From a virus (Duplodnaviria > Caudoviricetes), in the IMG/VR virus record IMGVR_UViG_3300046823_000135, positions 1 through 46,198 of that record: 46,198 nt of DNA; one strand, written 5' to 3'. The notes beneath the pieces were generated by a model. The model saw nothing but the letters and a program-made list of their open reading frames with translations, was not told where the DNA came from and ran no database searches. Numbering within the stretch: position 1 is the first letter of the stretch; the number at the start of each line of letters is the position of its first letter. This document shows positions 34,813 through 43,872 of the stretch, piece by piece. The position numbers were made by a program, and so were the translations under genes.

Positions 34813-35468
34813 TGTTCCGCGTCTTCTGGCTCGCCTACTGGACGTTCATCATCCTGCTGTTCGTGGTCCTGCTGAAGGGCTGCGCCTCTCCTCCGCACGC
34901 CAAGACCCTTCCGCCTCTCGCACAGGCCAAGGAGTCGACGATCGACAAGGTGTTGGAGCGGCCGCTGGTCGACGCCGTGCTGTCGATCCTCGCCGCGGCG
35001 CCGCACTACGAGGGGCAGATCCTCGAGCACTGGGGCACGACGACCGGCCGCAGCCGTGGCGGAGTGAACCCCTACATCTGGCTGCCGAAGACTGACCGGC
35101 ACCCGAAGGTCGGTGAAGACGTGGTGCTCAAGTTCACCACACGCGCTCTTCAGCCGTTCCCGATCGAAGACATCTACCTGGTCGTCGGCACCAAGATGCT
35201 CGATGCGCCAGTCGACTTCACGCCCTATGGAATGCCTGGCTCGCAGCTGCTGATTGATCCTGAGTGGATTGTGCGCGTCCCTGCCAGACAAGATGTGGAT
35301 GGCATGGTAAGGCACCAAGCACAGACCGGCGAGGCTGTGCTTCGGTGGACTGCTCCTGTGTGGTCGGCAGGGATGCGCTTTTTCATCCAGATCGTGACTG
35401 CGAGCCCCGGCGAGACAGCTTCAGGGTTTCTTGCCTCTCATGCCGTAGAAGTCCTAGTCGGCTCATAA
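34812..35468 (+). CDS. Lipoprotein / membrane-anchored protein with beta-rich C-terminal domain
   Basis: Hydrophobic leader ending LKGC; C-terminal PVDFTPYGMPGSQLLID...FFIQ...SHAVEVLVG. Confidence 0.75.
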   Translation: MFRVFWLAYWTFIILLFVVLLKGCASPPHAKTLPPLAQAKESTIDKVLERPLVDAVLSILAAAPHYEGQILEHWGTTTGRSRGGVNPYIWLPKTDRHPKVGEDVVLKFTTRALQPFPIEDIYLVVGTKMLDAPVDFTPYGMPGSQLLIDPEWIVRVPARQDVDGMVRHQAQTGEAVLRWTAPVWSAGMRFFIQIVTASPGETASGFLASHAVEVLVGS

Positions 35469-35631
35469 CTCGGAAGATCGCGATCCCGATTCCGATCGCT
35501 GCGCAGTCAGGGCCCTCGATCTTGAAGACCTTGGCGCGGGTCTCCTCGAGGTCACGCAGCAGCGAGACCATCTCCTTGGTCATCTTCAGGCGCGGCCACT
35601 TCTTGACCCGCTTGACCTTCCTGTGCCTCAC
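35383..35631 (-). CDS. Hypothetical basic protein
   Basis: Coupled to the resolvase gene; converges on and overlaps the last late gene by 86 nt. Confidence 0.55.
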   Translation of the reverse strand: MRHRKVKRVKKWPRLKMTKEMVSLLRDLEETRAKVFKIEGPDCAAIGIGIAIFRVMSRLGLLRHERQETLKLSRRGSQSRSG

Positions 35632-36038
35632 GACTGCAGCGCGTCGTTGAACCAGGCGAGCAGATCACCGACCTTGTAGCCCATCGCGTCCATCAGCGGG
35701 ATCGACTTGCGACCGACGGCGAGCCTCGAAGCCTGATGCCAATGCATGCACATGATGTCGTCACCGTGCTGCCACACGACGATGGAGATCGCGCCACAGT
35801 TCGAAGCCTGGGTCAGTGCGCGCACCTGATGCACAAGCAGCCCGGGCTCTCCTCCGACAGGAAGAGACGACCGCTTCACCTGCTTCGCCTCGATGACGAT
35901 CGCTCGCCCCTTGGAGGTGAAGCCGAAGAAGTCGCACGGCGTCTGCTGCAGCTCCTCCGGCACCTTGAACACAAAGGCGGCCTGCAGGTCGTAGATCGAG
36001 CGGAAGACTGAACGCAGTCGCAGTTCGAGTTTGATCAT
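35628..36038 (-). CDS. recU: RecU-like Holliday junction resolvase (PD-(D/E)xK)
   Basis: KVPE...PCDFFG...IVIEAKQ...HQVRAL...GAISIVV. Confidence 0.75.
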   Translation of the reverse strand: MIKLELRLRSVFRSIYDLQAAFVFKVPEELQQTPCDFFGFTSKGRAIVIEAKQVKRSSLPVGGEPGLLVHQVRALTQASNCGAISIVVWQHGDDIMCMHWHQASRLAVGRKSIPLMDAMGYKVGDLLAWFNDALQS

Positions 36039-36268
36039 GCCTTCAGCAGCCTAACGAACTCGGCCTCGGCTGCACGGCAGATGGCGGACATCTCCATGTC
36101 GCTCTCCGTCGCTTGCATCTTAGCGGAGAACCTGTCGTCGAGCTCCTCGAACGCCTTCCAGAAGGACTCGGGCATGACCGGCTTCGCGTGCAGGTGGTAG
36201 AGCTTCTCGATCGACCGACTGAGCTCAGCCGCTTTCGACTTCATCCTGAGCTGATGCAGCTTGTTCAT
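36035..36268 (-). CDS. Hypothetical protein
   Basis: GAGGGAG RBS before ATG 36268. Confidence 0.7.
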   Translation of the reverse strand: MNKLHQLRMKSKAAELSRSIEKLYHLHAKPVMPESFWKAFEELDDRFSAKMQATESDMEMSAICRAAEAEFVRLLKA

Positions 36269-39200
36269 TGATCTCCCTCTTCCACTGATGCTCAAGCAGG
36301 TGCAGCGGCGTGTCGAGTGGCACCATGCCGTTCGGCCCGTCCTGGTTGATCGTGCTGACCGCTGGACCGTTGCGCATCGAGAACCAGGTGCGCACGCCTT
36401 GCACCCTCGCTGGCCACAGCTCCGGGTAGTCCTCGGCCATCAGCAGCGCGCCCTTGACGATCTTGAAGCCGCCCTTCGTGAGGCGCAGCTGCACGAAGAA
36501 GCCTCGGCCCCCGGTGCGGTTGATCTCGAAGACCCCCTTCCGCATCAACGTCATCAACCAACGTTCGAAGGCCGAGTAATCCATGCCGACGACAGAGCGC
36601 AGCTCTTCCTTGCTGACAGCTCCGAACAGCTTGTTGAGCACGTTCCTCGCCTGCACCGGATCGTCCAGCGACAGGTTGGCGCCGATAGCGAACTCCACGC
36701 CGAACGGGTCCAGCACGCTTTGCGAGCTCAGGCAGCTGGCGGAGAAGCGAGCGTAGCCGAGGTCTTCCCAGGTCTGCTCCAGCCACTTGATCGCCCACTG
36801 GACGTGGACCTTGCGCACGCTGCAGGTCGAGAGATCATTGCCCACATGGCTCAACGTCATGTTGGCTACCGCTACTGCGATGCGAAGGACGGAAAGCAGC
36901 TTTTCCTTCTGCGTGAACAGGGGAAGCTCTTCGGAATACTTCGCAGTCCACTCCTCCCCGACAACCTGACGCGCAAGTTCTACGGCCCCTTCAGCAAACG
37001 TGATCTGGTCTGGCTCCATGTTCCAGGCGCGGATGACGACTGCCCGCATCAGGTCGACCGTCCAATGGTTTTCTACGTTCTGCGGACCGACGCTTTCCTC
37101 CAGCTCGTCGATACCTACGGCGAAATCGAGGCGCGAAAGAGACTCTGGCGAGCCATAGAGCTGCAACAGATGCTCGCACGGGTGAGCGAAGGACCGCTTC
37201 CCGCCGTTGAGCCAGTTGCAAATCGAAACTAGGCGCACCGCTGCCGGCAGACTCTGCGAGCCGTAGATCTTGGTGCCTTCCACGCGGCCGATGTCGCGAG
37301 CTGCCTGCAGCATCGGGAAGATGGCGACCTCCTTGCCGTCGTCGCTGAGCATCAGGTGCGCTTCGTCGAGCACGAGCATCTTGCCGTGGTTCCTCGGCAG
37401 CAGCCCTGGCTTCATCTTCTGCTGGCCCGCGACGCTGGCTGATCCGATCGTGAAGCCAGCACGGCTGAAGTTGCCCATCATCGTGAAGTGCTGGCCGAGG
37501 CCGAGGTGCGCCAGGTAGGTGCGCGCGGCGACGCTCTTGCCAGACCTCGTTGCACCGATGATCGCGCAGTCGAGCCAGCCCCTCCGTTTGGTCCCCTCGT
37601 GGTGGATCCAGAGTGCTGAGTGGGCGGCGAGCTCGAGGGTGGTGTGGATCGACTGCCGGCCGAAGACGTGCGTGACGTGGTTGCTCACGTCCATGTGGCG
37701 CACCGCCAGGTAATCGTCGATCTGGTCGGTGTGCTCGGCCTTGTAGGGCACGAGGTTCAGCAGGTCGAACTTCAACGGGCTGAGGTCGATCAGCTGCTTG
37801 TCGAGCGGCACCAGGTTGGTGCACCAGACCATGGCCGACTTGTTGGTTGGGTAGACCCGGCCGGTGATCTCCATCTCCCCGGAGAGTGGCGGCTGCTCTG
37901 TGCTCACCACCTCGATCATCCGCTGCTCGTCGTCCCCTTCCTTCGCCTGCGCTACCCACGCTGCACCCGTCGTCCCTTCTTGTGTCTTCACCCTGCAGGG
38001 TGTGCATGATCGTGGTTTCCCGACCACGTTCTCGATGATCCACTCGGAGGGGTTGCGTTGGATCATCGCCTGCGCCAGCTGTTCCTGCCGGCCGCCCCAG
38101 TCGAGCACGCCACCGGGGGCGACGATCGGTCCCTTGCATTGGGAGCAGATCGCCTTCGTGCCCATGTCGCACTCCAGGATCGAGGTCTTGGGGATCAACA
38201 GCACGTCGGTGTTCACCGCGCCGACTTGGCAGCGCATCTTCACGTCGGTGTGCAGCTTGTCGAAGACCTCGCCGTAGTTGATCTGCAGCGCCTTTGGCAC
38301 GCTGCGTCGGCTCGCCTCGAGCGTGAACTGCGGGATCATCGCCAGGTCTTTGTTGCCTGCGTTCACCCAGTCGCGCAGGTCTGCGCCCCACTTCTCGAGA
38401 GGGTTGATCGGGATGGCGCGCAGGAACACCGGGCAGCGGTTCTGCGCGAAGCTGTCGCCCACGCCTTCGATCAGGTTCTTCCGGCGGCGCAGCATCTCGG
38501 TGCGCTTCTTCTCGTCCGGGGCGATGCTGTCCTCGCCAGGCCCTTGGAAGGTGTCGTTGTCGTAGCAGATCTCGACGGCATGCCCCCTCCAGGCGTCAGG
38601 GATGGCGTGTGGCGGGATCGGTGACCCGGCTCCTCCGGTCCAGGTGACGACCATGATCCCCTTCTGCTCGAACTCCAGGGCATCGAGGGCAGCCAGAACG
38701 TCCCACTCGCCTTCGCATAGCCAGATCAGCTGGTCCGGCTTGATCACGCCAAGGAACGGCCAGAAGCCGAGCGCGCCAGCTGAGCCAGAGACCGCGGCGC
38801 TCCACGACCACTTCCGGTCGCCACCCGACGGGTTGTAGCGCCGATACCGCGGCCGCAACCTTCCGTCAGGCCAGAACTGCGTGAAGATGATCTCGCCGTT
38901 GATCGCGCCGAGGTGCAGGCGCTCGATGCGCTCCTGATCGAAGTGGCCGCATCGCTGACGGAGGAAGGTGCGGAGGCCGTCGTTCTCTTCGTCCTCGAGG
39001 AGCGAGCGCGTGCACTCCTCCATGAGCTCCACGGTCATCTCCTTCGGCCACGTCTTCGTGCCCTTCCTGCCCTTCCTCACCGGCAGCACGACGCCGAGAA
39101 GATCGGCCAGGGCCTTGCACGAGTCGAACGGCTTGGTCGGTGAGAGCTGGTCCTTGATCGACCACCAGGCGAAGAGATCGCCTTTGGTGCCGCACTGGTG

Positions 39201-39392
39201 GCACGTCAGCCAGCCGCTCTTGACGCTGACGCTTGCGCTGCCCGACTTGTCGGGGCAGATGGGGCAGGCGACCTGTAACCAGTCGCCCTTGGGGGAATCC
39301 GACTTGACCTCCACCCCCATCTTCTTCAGACTTAGAAGCGGGTTGGTTGCGAAAGCCGACCGAACGAGACCGAAGCTGCCAGTTGCCTGCAT
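36225..39392 (-). CDS. Zn-finger/TOPRIM primase fused to MCM-type AAA+ helicase
   Basis: CPIC...CHQC; CEGEWD, YDND, DLRD; second Cys cluster; IIGATRSGKS, LVLDE, SICN, SRLDF. Confidence 0.85.
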   Translation of the reverse strand: MQATGSFGLVRSAFATNPLLSLKKMGVEVKSDSPKGDWLQVACPICPDKSGSASVSVKSGWLTCHQCGTKGDLFAWWSIKDQLSPTKPFDSCKALADLLGVVLPVRKGRKGTKTWPKEMTVELMEECTRSLLEDEENDGLRTFLRQRCGHFDQERIERLHLGAINGEIIFTQFWPDGRLRPRYRRYNPSGGDRKWSWSAAVSGSAGALGFWPFLGVIKPDQLIWLCEGEWDVLAALDALEFEQKGIMVVTWTGGAGSPIPPHAIPDAWRGHAVEICYDNDTFQGPGEDSIAPDEKKRTEMLRRRKNLIEGVGDSFAQNRCPVFLRAIPINPLEKWGADLRDWVNAGNKDLAMIPQFTLEASRRSVPKALQINYGEVFDKLHTDVKMRCQVGAVNTDVLLIPKTSILECDMGTKAICSQCKGPIVAPGGVLDWGGRQEQLAQAMIQRNPSEWIIENVVGKPRSCTPCRVKTQEGTTGAAWVAQAKEGDDEQRMIEVVSTEQPPLSGEMEITGRVYPTNKSAMVWCTNLVPLDKQLIDLSPLKFDLLNLVPYKAEHTDQIDDYLAVRHMDVSNHVTHVFGRQSIHTTLELAAHSALWIHHEGTKRRGWLDCAIIGATRSGKSVAARTYLAHLGLGQHFTMMGNFSRAGFTIGSASVAGQQKMKPGLLPRNHGKMLVLDEAHLMLSDDGKEVAIFPMLQAARDIGRVEGTKIYGSQSLPAAVRLVSICNWLNGGKRSFAHPCEHLLQLYGSPESLSRLDFAVGIDELEESVGPQNVENHWTVDLMRAVVIRAWNMEPDQITFAEGAVELARQVVGEEWTAKYSEELPLFTQKEKLLSVLRIAVAVANMTLSHVGNDLSTCSVRKVHVQWAIKWLEQTWEDLGYARFSASCLSSQSVLDPFGVEFAIGANLSLDDPVQARNVLNKLFGAVSKEELRSVVGMDYSAFERWLMTLMRKGVFEINRTGGRGFFVQLRLTKGGFKIVKGALLMAEDYPELWPARVQGVRTWFSMRNGPAVSTINQDGPNGMVPLDTPLHLLEHQWKREINEQAASAQDEVESG

Positions 39393-39404
39393 CACAGAGC
39401 TCCT

Positions 39405-39447
39405 GCAACAGAAAGGCTCGCTGCGCGATCCACGCAGCGAGCCTTTC
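39405..39447 (-). terminator. Intrinsic terminator or attenuator between the SSB-like and primase-helicase genes
   Basis: Perfect 15-bp inverted repeat GAAAGGCTCGCTGCG (39411-39425)/CGCAGCGAGCCTTTC (39433-39447), ending TTTCTGTT on the minus strand. Confidence 0.7.
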
Positions 39448-39478
39448 ATCTTTCCGAGCCGAGCTGCCGATGCAAGGA

Positions 39479-40264
39479 CTAGAACGGGTTGTCGTCGCCG
39501 CCTTCTTCGTCGGTGCGCAGCTTGCCGCTTCCGTGCGCAGCCATCACCATCTTGTGCCACTCCATCGCAAGCGCCTGCACTTCGGGCGGCGTGGTCTCGG
39601 TGCGCTGCCAGGTGGGCTCCATCGAGAAGTAGGTGGTCTGCCGGCCGTCCTCGAGCTGCTTCGGCTTCGCCTTCACCCTGACCACCACAGGATGTGCCCA
39701 CAGATTCTTGTCGCTCATCATCCAGGTGGAGACGAACTGCTTCGCCGCGGTGAAGCTGGTGCGGCTACATCTTAGGATCGCCGGGCCCTGGTCGGTCATC
39801 ACGACGAAGTTGTGCGACTGCGCGCCGAGCGGCTTCTGGTTGTCGACCCACTCGGTGCACTTGCCGCAGTCCTCGCACGCGCCGTAGACGCTGCCGGTGA
39901 TGGCGTCTCGGCTGATGCACTTCTGCAGGCCGTTGTAGCGTGCGTCCTTCGGGTTCAGGTAGAGCGCGTTGCTCTTGGTGTGCGCGACGAAGAGCAACCG
40001 CAGCGGCGCCGTGAAGACCTGCTGCGACGCGCTGTCCATGAAGCGGCCAGGGATGGCACCCTCCACGCCTTCGAGCACCGGCGGGCTCATGCCCTGCAGT
40101 AGTCGAAGCGTCGGTAGAACGAGGTCGCTCTGCTCCACGTTGTCGCGGCCGACGAGGTGTGACCTGTCGCGCGGCACAGAGGAGAGGACGGGGAGGAGAT
40201 CGGAGCCGGCGAACGCCGCCGGCTTCCACGGTGCGATTTCTTGTTTCTCTGGTTCAGTTGTCAT
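39479..40264 (-). CDS. Putative single-stranded DNA-binding protein
   Basis: DLVLPTLRLLQGMSP motif; acidic tail DEEGGDDNPF; replication-module context. Confidence 0.6.
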   Translation of the reverse strand: MTTEPEKQEIAPWKPAAFAGSDLLPVLSSVPRDRSHLVGRDNVEQSDLVLPTLRLLQGMSPPVLEGVEGAIPGRFMDSASQQVFTAPLRLLFVAHTKSNALYLNPKDARYNGLQKCISRDAITGSVYGACEDCGKCTEWVDNQKPLGAQSHNFVVMTDQGPAILRCSRTSFTAAKQFVSTWMMSDKNLWAHPVVVRVKAKPKQLEDGRQTTYFSMEPTWQRTETTPPEVQALAMEWHKMVMAAHGSGKLRTDEEGGDDNPF

Positions 40265-40689
40265 GGTTCTTCAGTTGCTCCCTTCCACCCCTTCACCATG
40301 ACAGTTGGTGTCATGCTGAAGTTGAGGAAGTCGGGGATGGTGTGGAGGTCGATCGTTTCCTTCTCGACTTGCTCTTTCAGGTAGGCAACGACGGAAGGCT
40401 TGTAGAGCACCAGCTTCTCGAACTTGGTCACGTCGCCATGGACTTCTTCGAGCCACGCGCGCACCTGTGGTTCGTTCTCCTGGTTGCAGCTGACCGCGAA
40501 GTTCTTGCGGAGAGAGACGCCGAGCTCCTCGCTGAGCTTGAACGACTTGACGCCTTCTTCGAGCATCGACTCGACGAGCTGGCGCTCCGCGGTCTTGCAT
40601 GCTTCGTAGGCTCTGCTGTGGGCTTCCTTCGCATCGTCCATGAGGCGACGCGCGGTGAAGTAGGCTTGTGCTTTGTCGAGGTGGCTCAT
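40261..40689 (-). CDS. Conserved phage replication-module protein (gp33-like)
   Basis: Coiled coil, then SMLEEGVKSFKL...AWLEE...; adjacent to the SSB-like gene. Confidence 0.65.
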   Translation of the reverse strand: MSHLDKAQAYFTARRLMDDAKEAHSRAYEACKTAERQLVESMLEEGVKSFKLSEELGVSLRKNFAVSCNQENEPQVRAWLEEVHGDVTKFEKLVLYKPSVVAYLKEQVEKETIDLHTIPDFLNFSMTPTVMVKGWKGATEEP

Positions 40690-40971
40690 CTAGTGCCTCC
40701 CCGCGCTTCGGCCGCGACTCTGCGCCGGCTCCTTGGCTGCTCTGCGTCGGTCGATAACCTGAACAGCCTTGTCTTCGGCCTGAACTGCTGATGGTGGTGC
40801 ACTCGGGTTTCCGTGTTTGTCCATGAGGTAGGTGAGCAGAGGCACAACGCGCCCCGGGAAGGTCTTGCAGTAGAACGCGCTGAGCCACCTGTTCGACTCG
40901 GTGGTGTAGTTGTTGATGCGAGCCCATTCGAGAAAGTGCTCGAGCGGGTTGGGTTGGACTGGGTGTGGCAT
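40690..40971 (-). CDS. Hypothetical protein ([13 protein letters not shown]...)
   Basis: ATG overlaps the HNH stop (TGATG). Confidence 0.6.
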   Translation of the reverse strand: MPHPVQPNPLEHFLEWARINNYTTESNRWLSAFYCKTFPGRVVPLLTYLMDKHGNPSAPPSAVQAEDKAVQVIDRRRAAKEPAQSRGRSAGRH

Positions 40972-41372
40972 CAGCGCCAGACCTTCCTGGCGATCACTCG
41001 CCAGACTCGTAGGTAGACCATGTTGAATCCAGCAGCGATGTCGTTGATCGACCATCCATGCTTGTGAAGGCTGCGCATCTTCTCCACTGTTTCGTCCGTC
41101 AGTGGGGATGCGGTTTGACCGCGGCTTGTGCATCGACCCTTGGCCACCATGTCGTGAGTGTTCTCGGCCATCGTTCCTAGGCGAAGGTGTTCAGGGTTCA
41201 CGCATGCCCTGTTGTCGCACCTGTGCATGACAACCATGCCACCGGGGATCTCGCCGAAGCACTCAAGCCACGCCATCCTGTGCGCGAGCATCTTGCGCTT
41301 CTCCATCCGATGCCACGCTTGCCCGTAGCCGTTGGAGTAGAGCGGGCCCCAGAACTTGATGCAGTCGCTCAT
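40971..41372 (-). CDS. HNH endonuclease
   Basis: GYG...AHRMAW...[22 protein letters not shown]. Confidence 0.92.
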   Translation of the reverse strand: MSDCIKFWGPLYSNGYGQAWHRMEKRKMLAHRMAWLECFGEIPGGMVVMHRCDNRACVNPEHLRLGTMAENTHDMVAKGRCTSRGQTASPLTDETVEKMRSLHKHGWSINDIAAGFNMVYLRVWRVIARKVWR

Positions 41373-41638
41373 CGTCCTCTGAGCTTCAAGTAATCCTGAT
41401 ACGTCGAGAATGTAGCTGCTGCGCTAGCTGCCGGATGTTGATCAGCAACGTGCTTGTCAAGCTCCACCTTCCTCCCCTCGAGGTAGGCGAAGATCGACGG
41501 GTAGTCGCTGATCCAGCTCTGTGCGCGCAACCACGCGAGGTAGGCGACTGGCACGTCCTTGATCGGTATGCCCTTGTGCACGCCCCAAGGGAGCGCGTCG
41601 TCAGGGGAGCATGGTGGGCGCTTGATCACAGAAGCCAT
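41369..41638 (-). CDS. DUF3820-like small protein
   Basis: [22 protein letters not shown] matches the (M)PFGK.KG....D.P..YL.W motif. Confidence 0.75.
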   Translation of the reverse strand: MASVIKRPPCSPDDALPWGVHKGIPIKDVPVAYLAWLRAQSWISDYPSIFAYLEGRKVELDKHVADQHPAASAAATFSTYQDYLKLRGR

Positions 41639-41967
41639 CCCTTCCTAGGATCAACCCTGTCGTCTGGGTCTGAGTTGTTGAACGGAAGATCGGCAGACCT
41701 GAGCACTCGACACTCGATCAGGTCCGCAAGCTCTGGTGTTTCTTCGACAAGCTTGCGCCCGATGTAGGGAGTGAACTTGTCGTTGATCTTGAACTTGTCG
41801 GTGAGCCTTGCATCGGTGTCGTATTCCCACCTGATGCGCTCGGTCAGCTGCCGCAAACTGAATCGACTGTTGCGAGCCAGCTTCTCCATGGCAAACCGCC
41901 GGTAGAGGCCCATGGTCACAGGATGCTTCTCCATCCAGTCGTGAGCCGCTTCGCGAAGCGTTACCAC
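41626..41967 (-). CDS. Conserved phage hypothetical protein
   Basis: ERIRWE...FKIN....YIGR pattern recurrent in phage proteins. Confidence 0.75.
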   Translation of the reverse strand: MVTLREAAHDWMEKHPVTMGLYRRFAMEKLARNSRFSLRQLTERIRWEYDTDARLTDKFKINDKFTPYIGRKLVEETPELADLIECRVLRSADLPFNNSDPDDRVDPRKGWLL

Positions 41968-42371
41968 GCGACCCCCTCGCTCTCTTCATCCGTCAGCATG
42001 CGCTCGAGCTGAACGTGCTTGTTGATCACGCGCCCCTCGAAGAAGGCTTTGACCCTGCCGTTGAGCAGGCGGAGGAGTGCGGTCGGGGTCTTGATCGTGA
42101 TCATGCGATCGCGAGCTTTGTTGTAGCAGAGGGTCAGCTGACGGTTGTCGTTGAGCGACAGCTGCACCTCGAAGATCTCTAGTGGCTCGTCACCAGGTAG
42201 CCGAGAATGAACGCGGGACTTTTCGGGTCTGGAGGGAGAACCATCTTGCCGCCGAGTTTCCCGGACCCTTTGGACTGGACGCGAAGGCCTCTTTGCGGCG
42301 AGTCGTGCTTGGGCGGTGTTGCGGGCCGCATCCGTTGCACGTTTCTCTTCTGCTGTGTTCTTTCGCGCCAT
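41961..42371 (-). CDS. Hypothetical protein
   Basis: Operon packing; codon usage. Confidence 0.65.
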   Translation of the reverse strand: MARKNTAEEKRATDAARNTAQARLAAKRPSRPVQRVRETRRQDGSPSRPEKSRVHSRLPGDEPLEIFEVQLSLNDNRQLTLCYNKARDRMITIKTPTALLRLLNGRVKAFFEGRVINKHVQLERMLTDEESEGVAW

Positions 42372-42374
42372 TGG

Positions 42375-42629
42375 TCAGCTCCGCTCATGCTTGCGTCCTG
42401 ATCCAAACTCTTTGGTTAGAGCGGCCGAGATCACGTCAGCAGCTATCTTGTCGACCACGAAGTAGAAGACTTCCTTCGGCATCCCGCGTTCGCTGATCGG
42501 AGTCACGGAAGAAGCACTTGCGTGCTTCAAGCCATCGGCGACAGCGCGAGTTGAGTCCCCGATCTCCTCCAGCAGGTCTTCGCAGAGCTGGACCTGAGAT
42601 CGCTTGCATGAATAGATGAGCTTGCTCAT
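42375..42629 (-). CDS. Hypothetical protein
   Basis: Operon packing. Confidence 0.65.
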   Translation of the reverse strand: MSKLIYSCKRSQVQLCEDLLEEIGDSTRAVADGLKHASASSVTPISERGMPKEVFYFVVDKIAADVISAALTKEFGSGRKHERS

Positions 42630-42663
42630 GGTGAGTTGGTTTTACCGAGCGATCACGTAGAGG

Positions 42664-42942
42664 TCAGACAGGCGCAGCATCGTCGCCCTCCTCCGTCGCC
42701 CGCTTCACGATGTCCTCGACCGTGTTCGGTTCGTTCTTTTTCGGCGCGAGGCCGAGCGTGATCAACCGACGAGCCTTGCTCACCAATGCCTCGGCGATGG
42801 AGACCTTCACACGGATGAGGTGGATCTCGCTTTCGACGAGCACCTTCCTGCCGATCTGTTTGCGCAGGTCGCTGAGGATGGTGTCCAGGATCCAGAGGCA
42901 GCGAGCTCGCTCCTCGGCTGCAGCTTTCTTGACGGCGCTCAT
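42664..42942 (-). CDS. Hypothetical protein (MSAVKKAAAEERARC...)
   Basis: ATGA coupling at 42939-42942. Confidence 0.7.
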   Translation of the reverse strand: MSAVKKAAAEERARCLWILDTILSDLRKQIGRKVLVESEIHLIRVKVSIAEALVSKARRLITLGLAPKKNEPNTVEDIVKRATEEGDDAAPV

Positions 42943-43337
42943 CGGTTGAGGTGGATCAGCGCGATCTCGTTGATCAGATTTTGCAGGTCCGCTTTGGTTG
43001 GTCGCTCCGCAAGTGTCTGGATCTTCTTGGTCACCTTCAGCCGATCCTCGTTGAGCTCGCGGTAGCCGTTGCTGTCGCTCATCAGCTTCCTGTTCTGATC
43101 CCTGAGCTCGAGCAGTTCCTTCTGCCTGCTCAGGTTGGTGCTGTGCAGGTCGGTGATCAGCGAGAGAAGAACGTGATGCGGGTCGGTGGGGTTGGGCTTC
43201 ATGGTGTGGTGCTTCGCGTTGGTGAGGTCTTGCACGATCCGCTTCCAACCGTCAGGTCCAATTGGATCTGGGTAGGCACCGAAGATCGGCTTCTCGATGC
43301 GTGGCTCCATGGTTTCCTTGGGCTTGTAGAAGCTCAT
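42939..43337 (-). CDS. Hypothetical coiled-coil protein
   Basis: Coupled at both ends. Confidence 0.75.
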   Translation of the reverse strand: MSFYKPKETMEPRIEKPIFGAYPDPIGPDGWKRIVQDLTNAKHHTMKPNPTDPHHVLLSLITDLHSTNLSRQKELLELRDQNRKLMSDSNGYRELNEDRLKVTKKIQTLAERPTKADLQNLINEIALIHLNR

Positions 43338-43717
43338 CCCTGCCGATCCTTCAGCTCAGGATGCTTGCTTGCCATGTGCCGCTGCACGTTGACGAAGGTG
43401 CGATTGCAGCATGGGCACACACCGTTGCCGATGCGCTTGTTCAGCTTGGTGATCGCGCCCTTCTTCGCCGTCAGCTGACGCTTGCTCGTGTTGAGTGCGG
43501 CGCGAGTCTTGGCGTGCGCTGCATACTCAGCATCGAGTTGCTTCTGCAGCTTCTTCGTCTGTGACTCGGATCCACCAGCCCAGGAGGCACCGCAGCATGG
43601 ACACCACAGTGTGGTGTCTACGCCCTCCCTCCAGGTGCGGCAGAACTTGCTGGTGATGGAGAAGTCTGACGCGCACCTCGTGCAGGTGAGCGTCGTCATG
43701 GTCTCGGTATTGGTCAT
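43334..43717 (-). CDS. Zn-finger / coiled-coil / C2H2 protein
   Basis: CTRC...CPCC; coiled coil; GVCPCCNRTF...HMASKH. Confidence 0.8.
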   Translation of the reverse strand: MTNTETMTTLTCTRCASDFSITSKFCRTWREGVDTTLWCPCCGASWAGGSESQTKKLQKQLDAEYAAHAKTRAALNTSKRQLTAKKGAITKLNKRIGNGVCPCCNRTFVNVQRHMASKHPELKDRQG

Positions 43718-43872
43718 GGTCCGAAGTCTCCGGCTGAGTGTCGCTTCACCACCTCGAGCAGTCGGAGGAACGCGATCTCGAGTCGGTCGTGCTGCCGCTG
43801 CAGGTGGTGGAGACGGATCGACAGGAAGAACATGAACAACGAGAGCGTGCCGACGAGGATGGTTGTGATCAC
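43714..43872 (-). CDS. 52-aa single-TM micro-protein (MITTILVGTLSLFMFFLSIRL...)
   Basis: Exactly fills the gap with 4-nt overlaps at both ends; missing from the ORF track. Confidence 0.65.
   Translation of the reverse strand: MITTILVGTLSLFMFFLSIRLHHLQRQHDRLEIAFLRLLEVVKRHSAGDFGP

Noticed and set aside
39393-39701. N-terminal extension of primase-helicase in the ORF track
   Set aside because: It overlaps the SSB-like gene and spans the hairpin; the start at 39392 is more plausible
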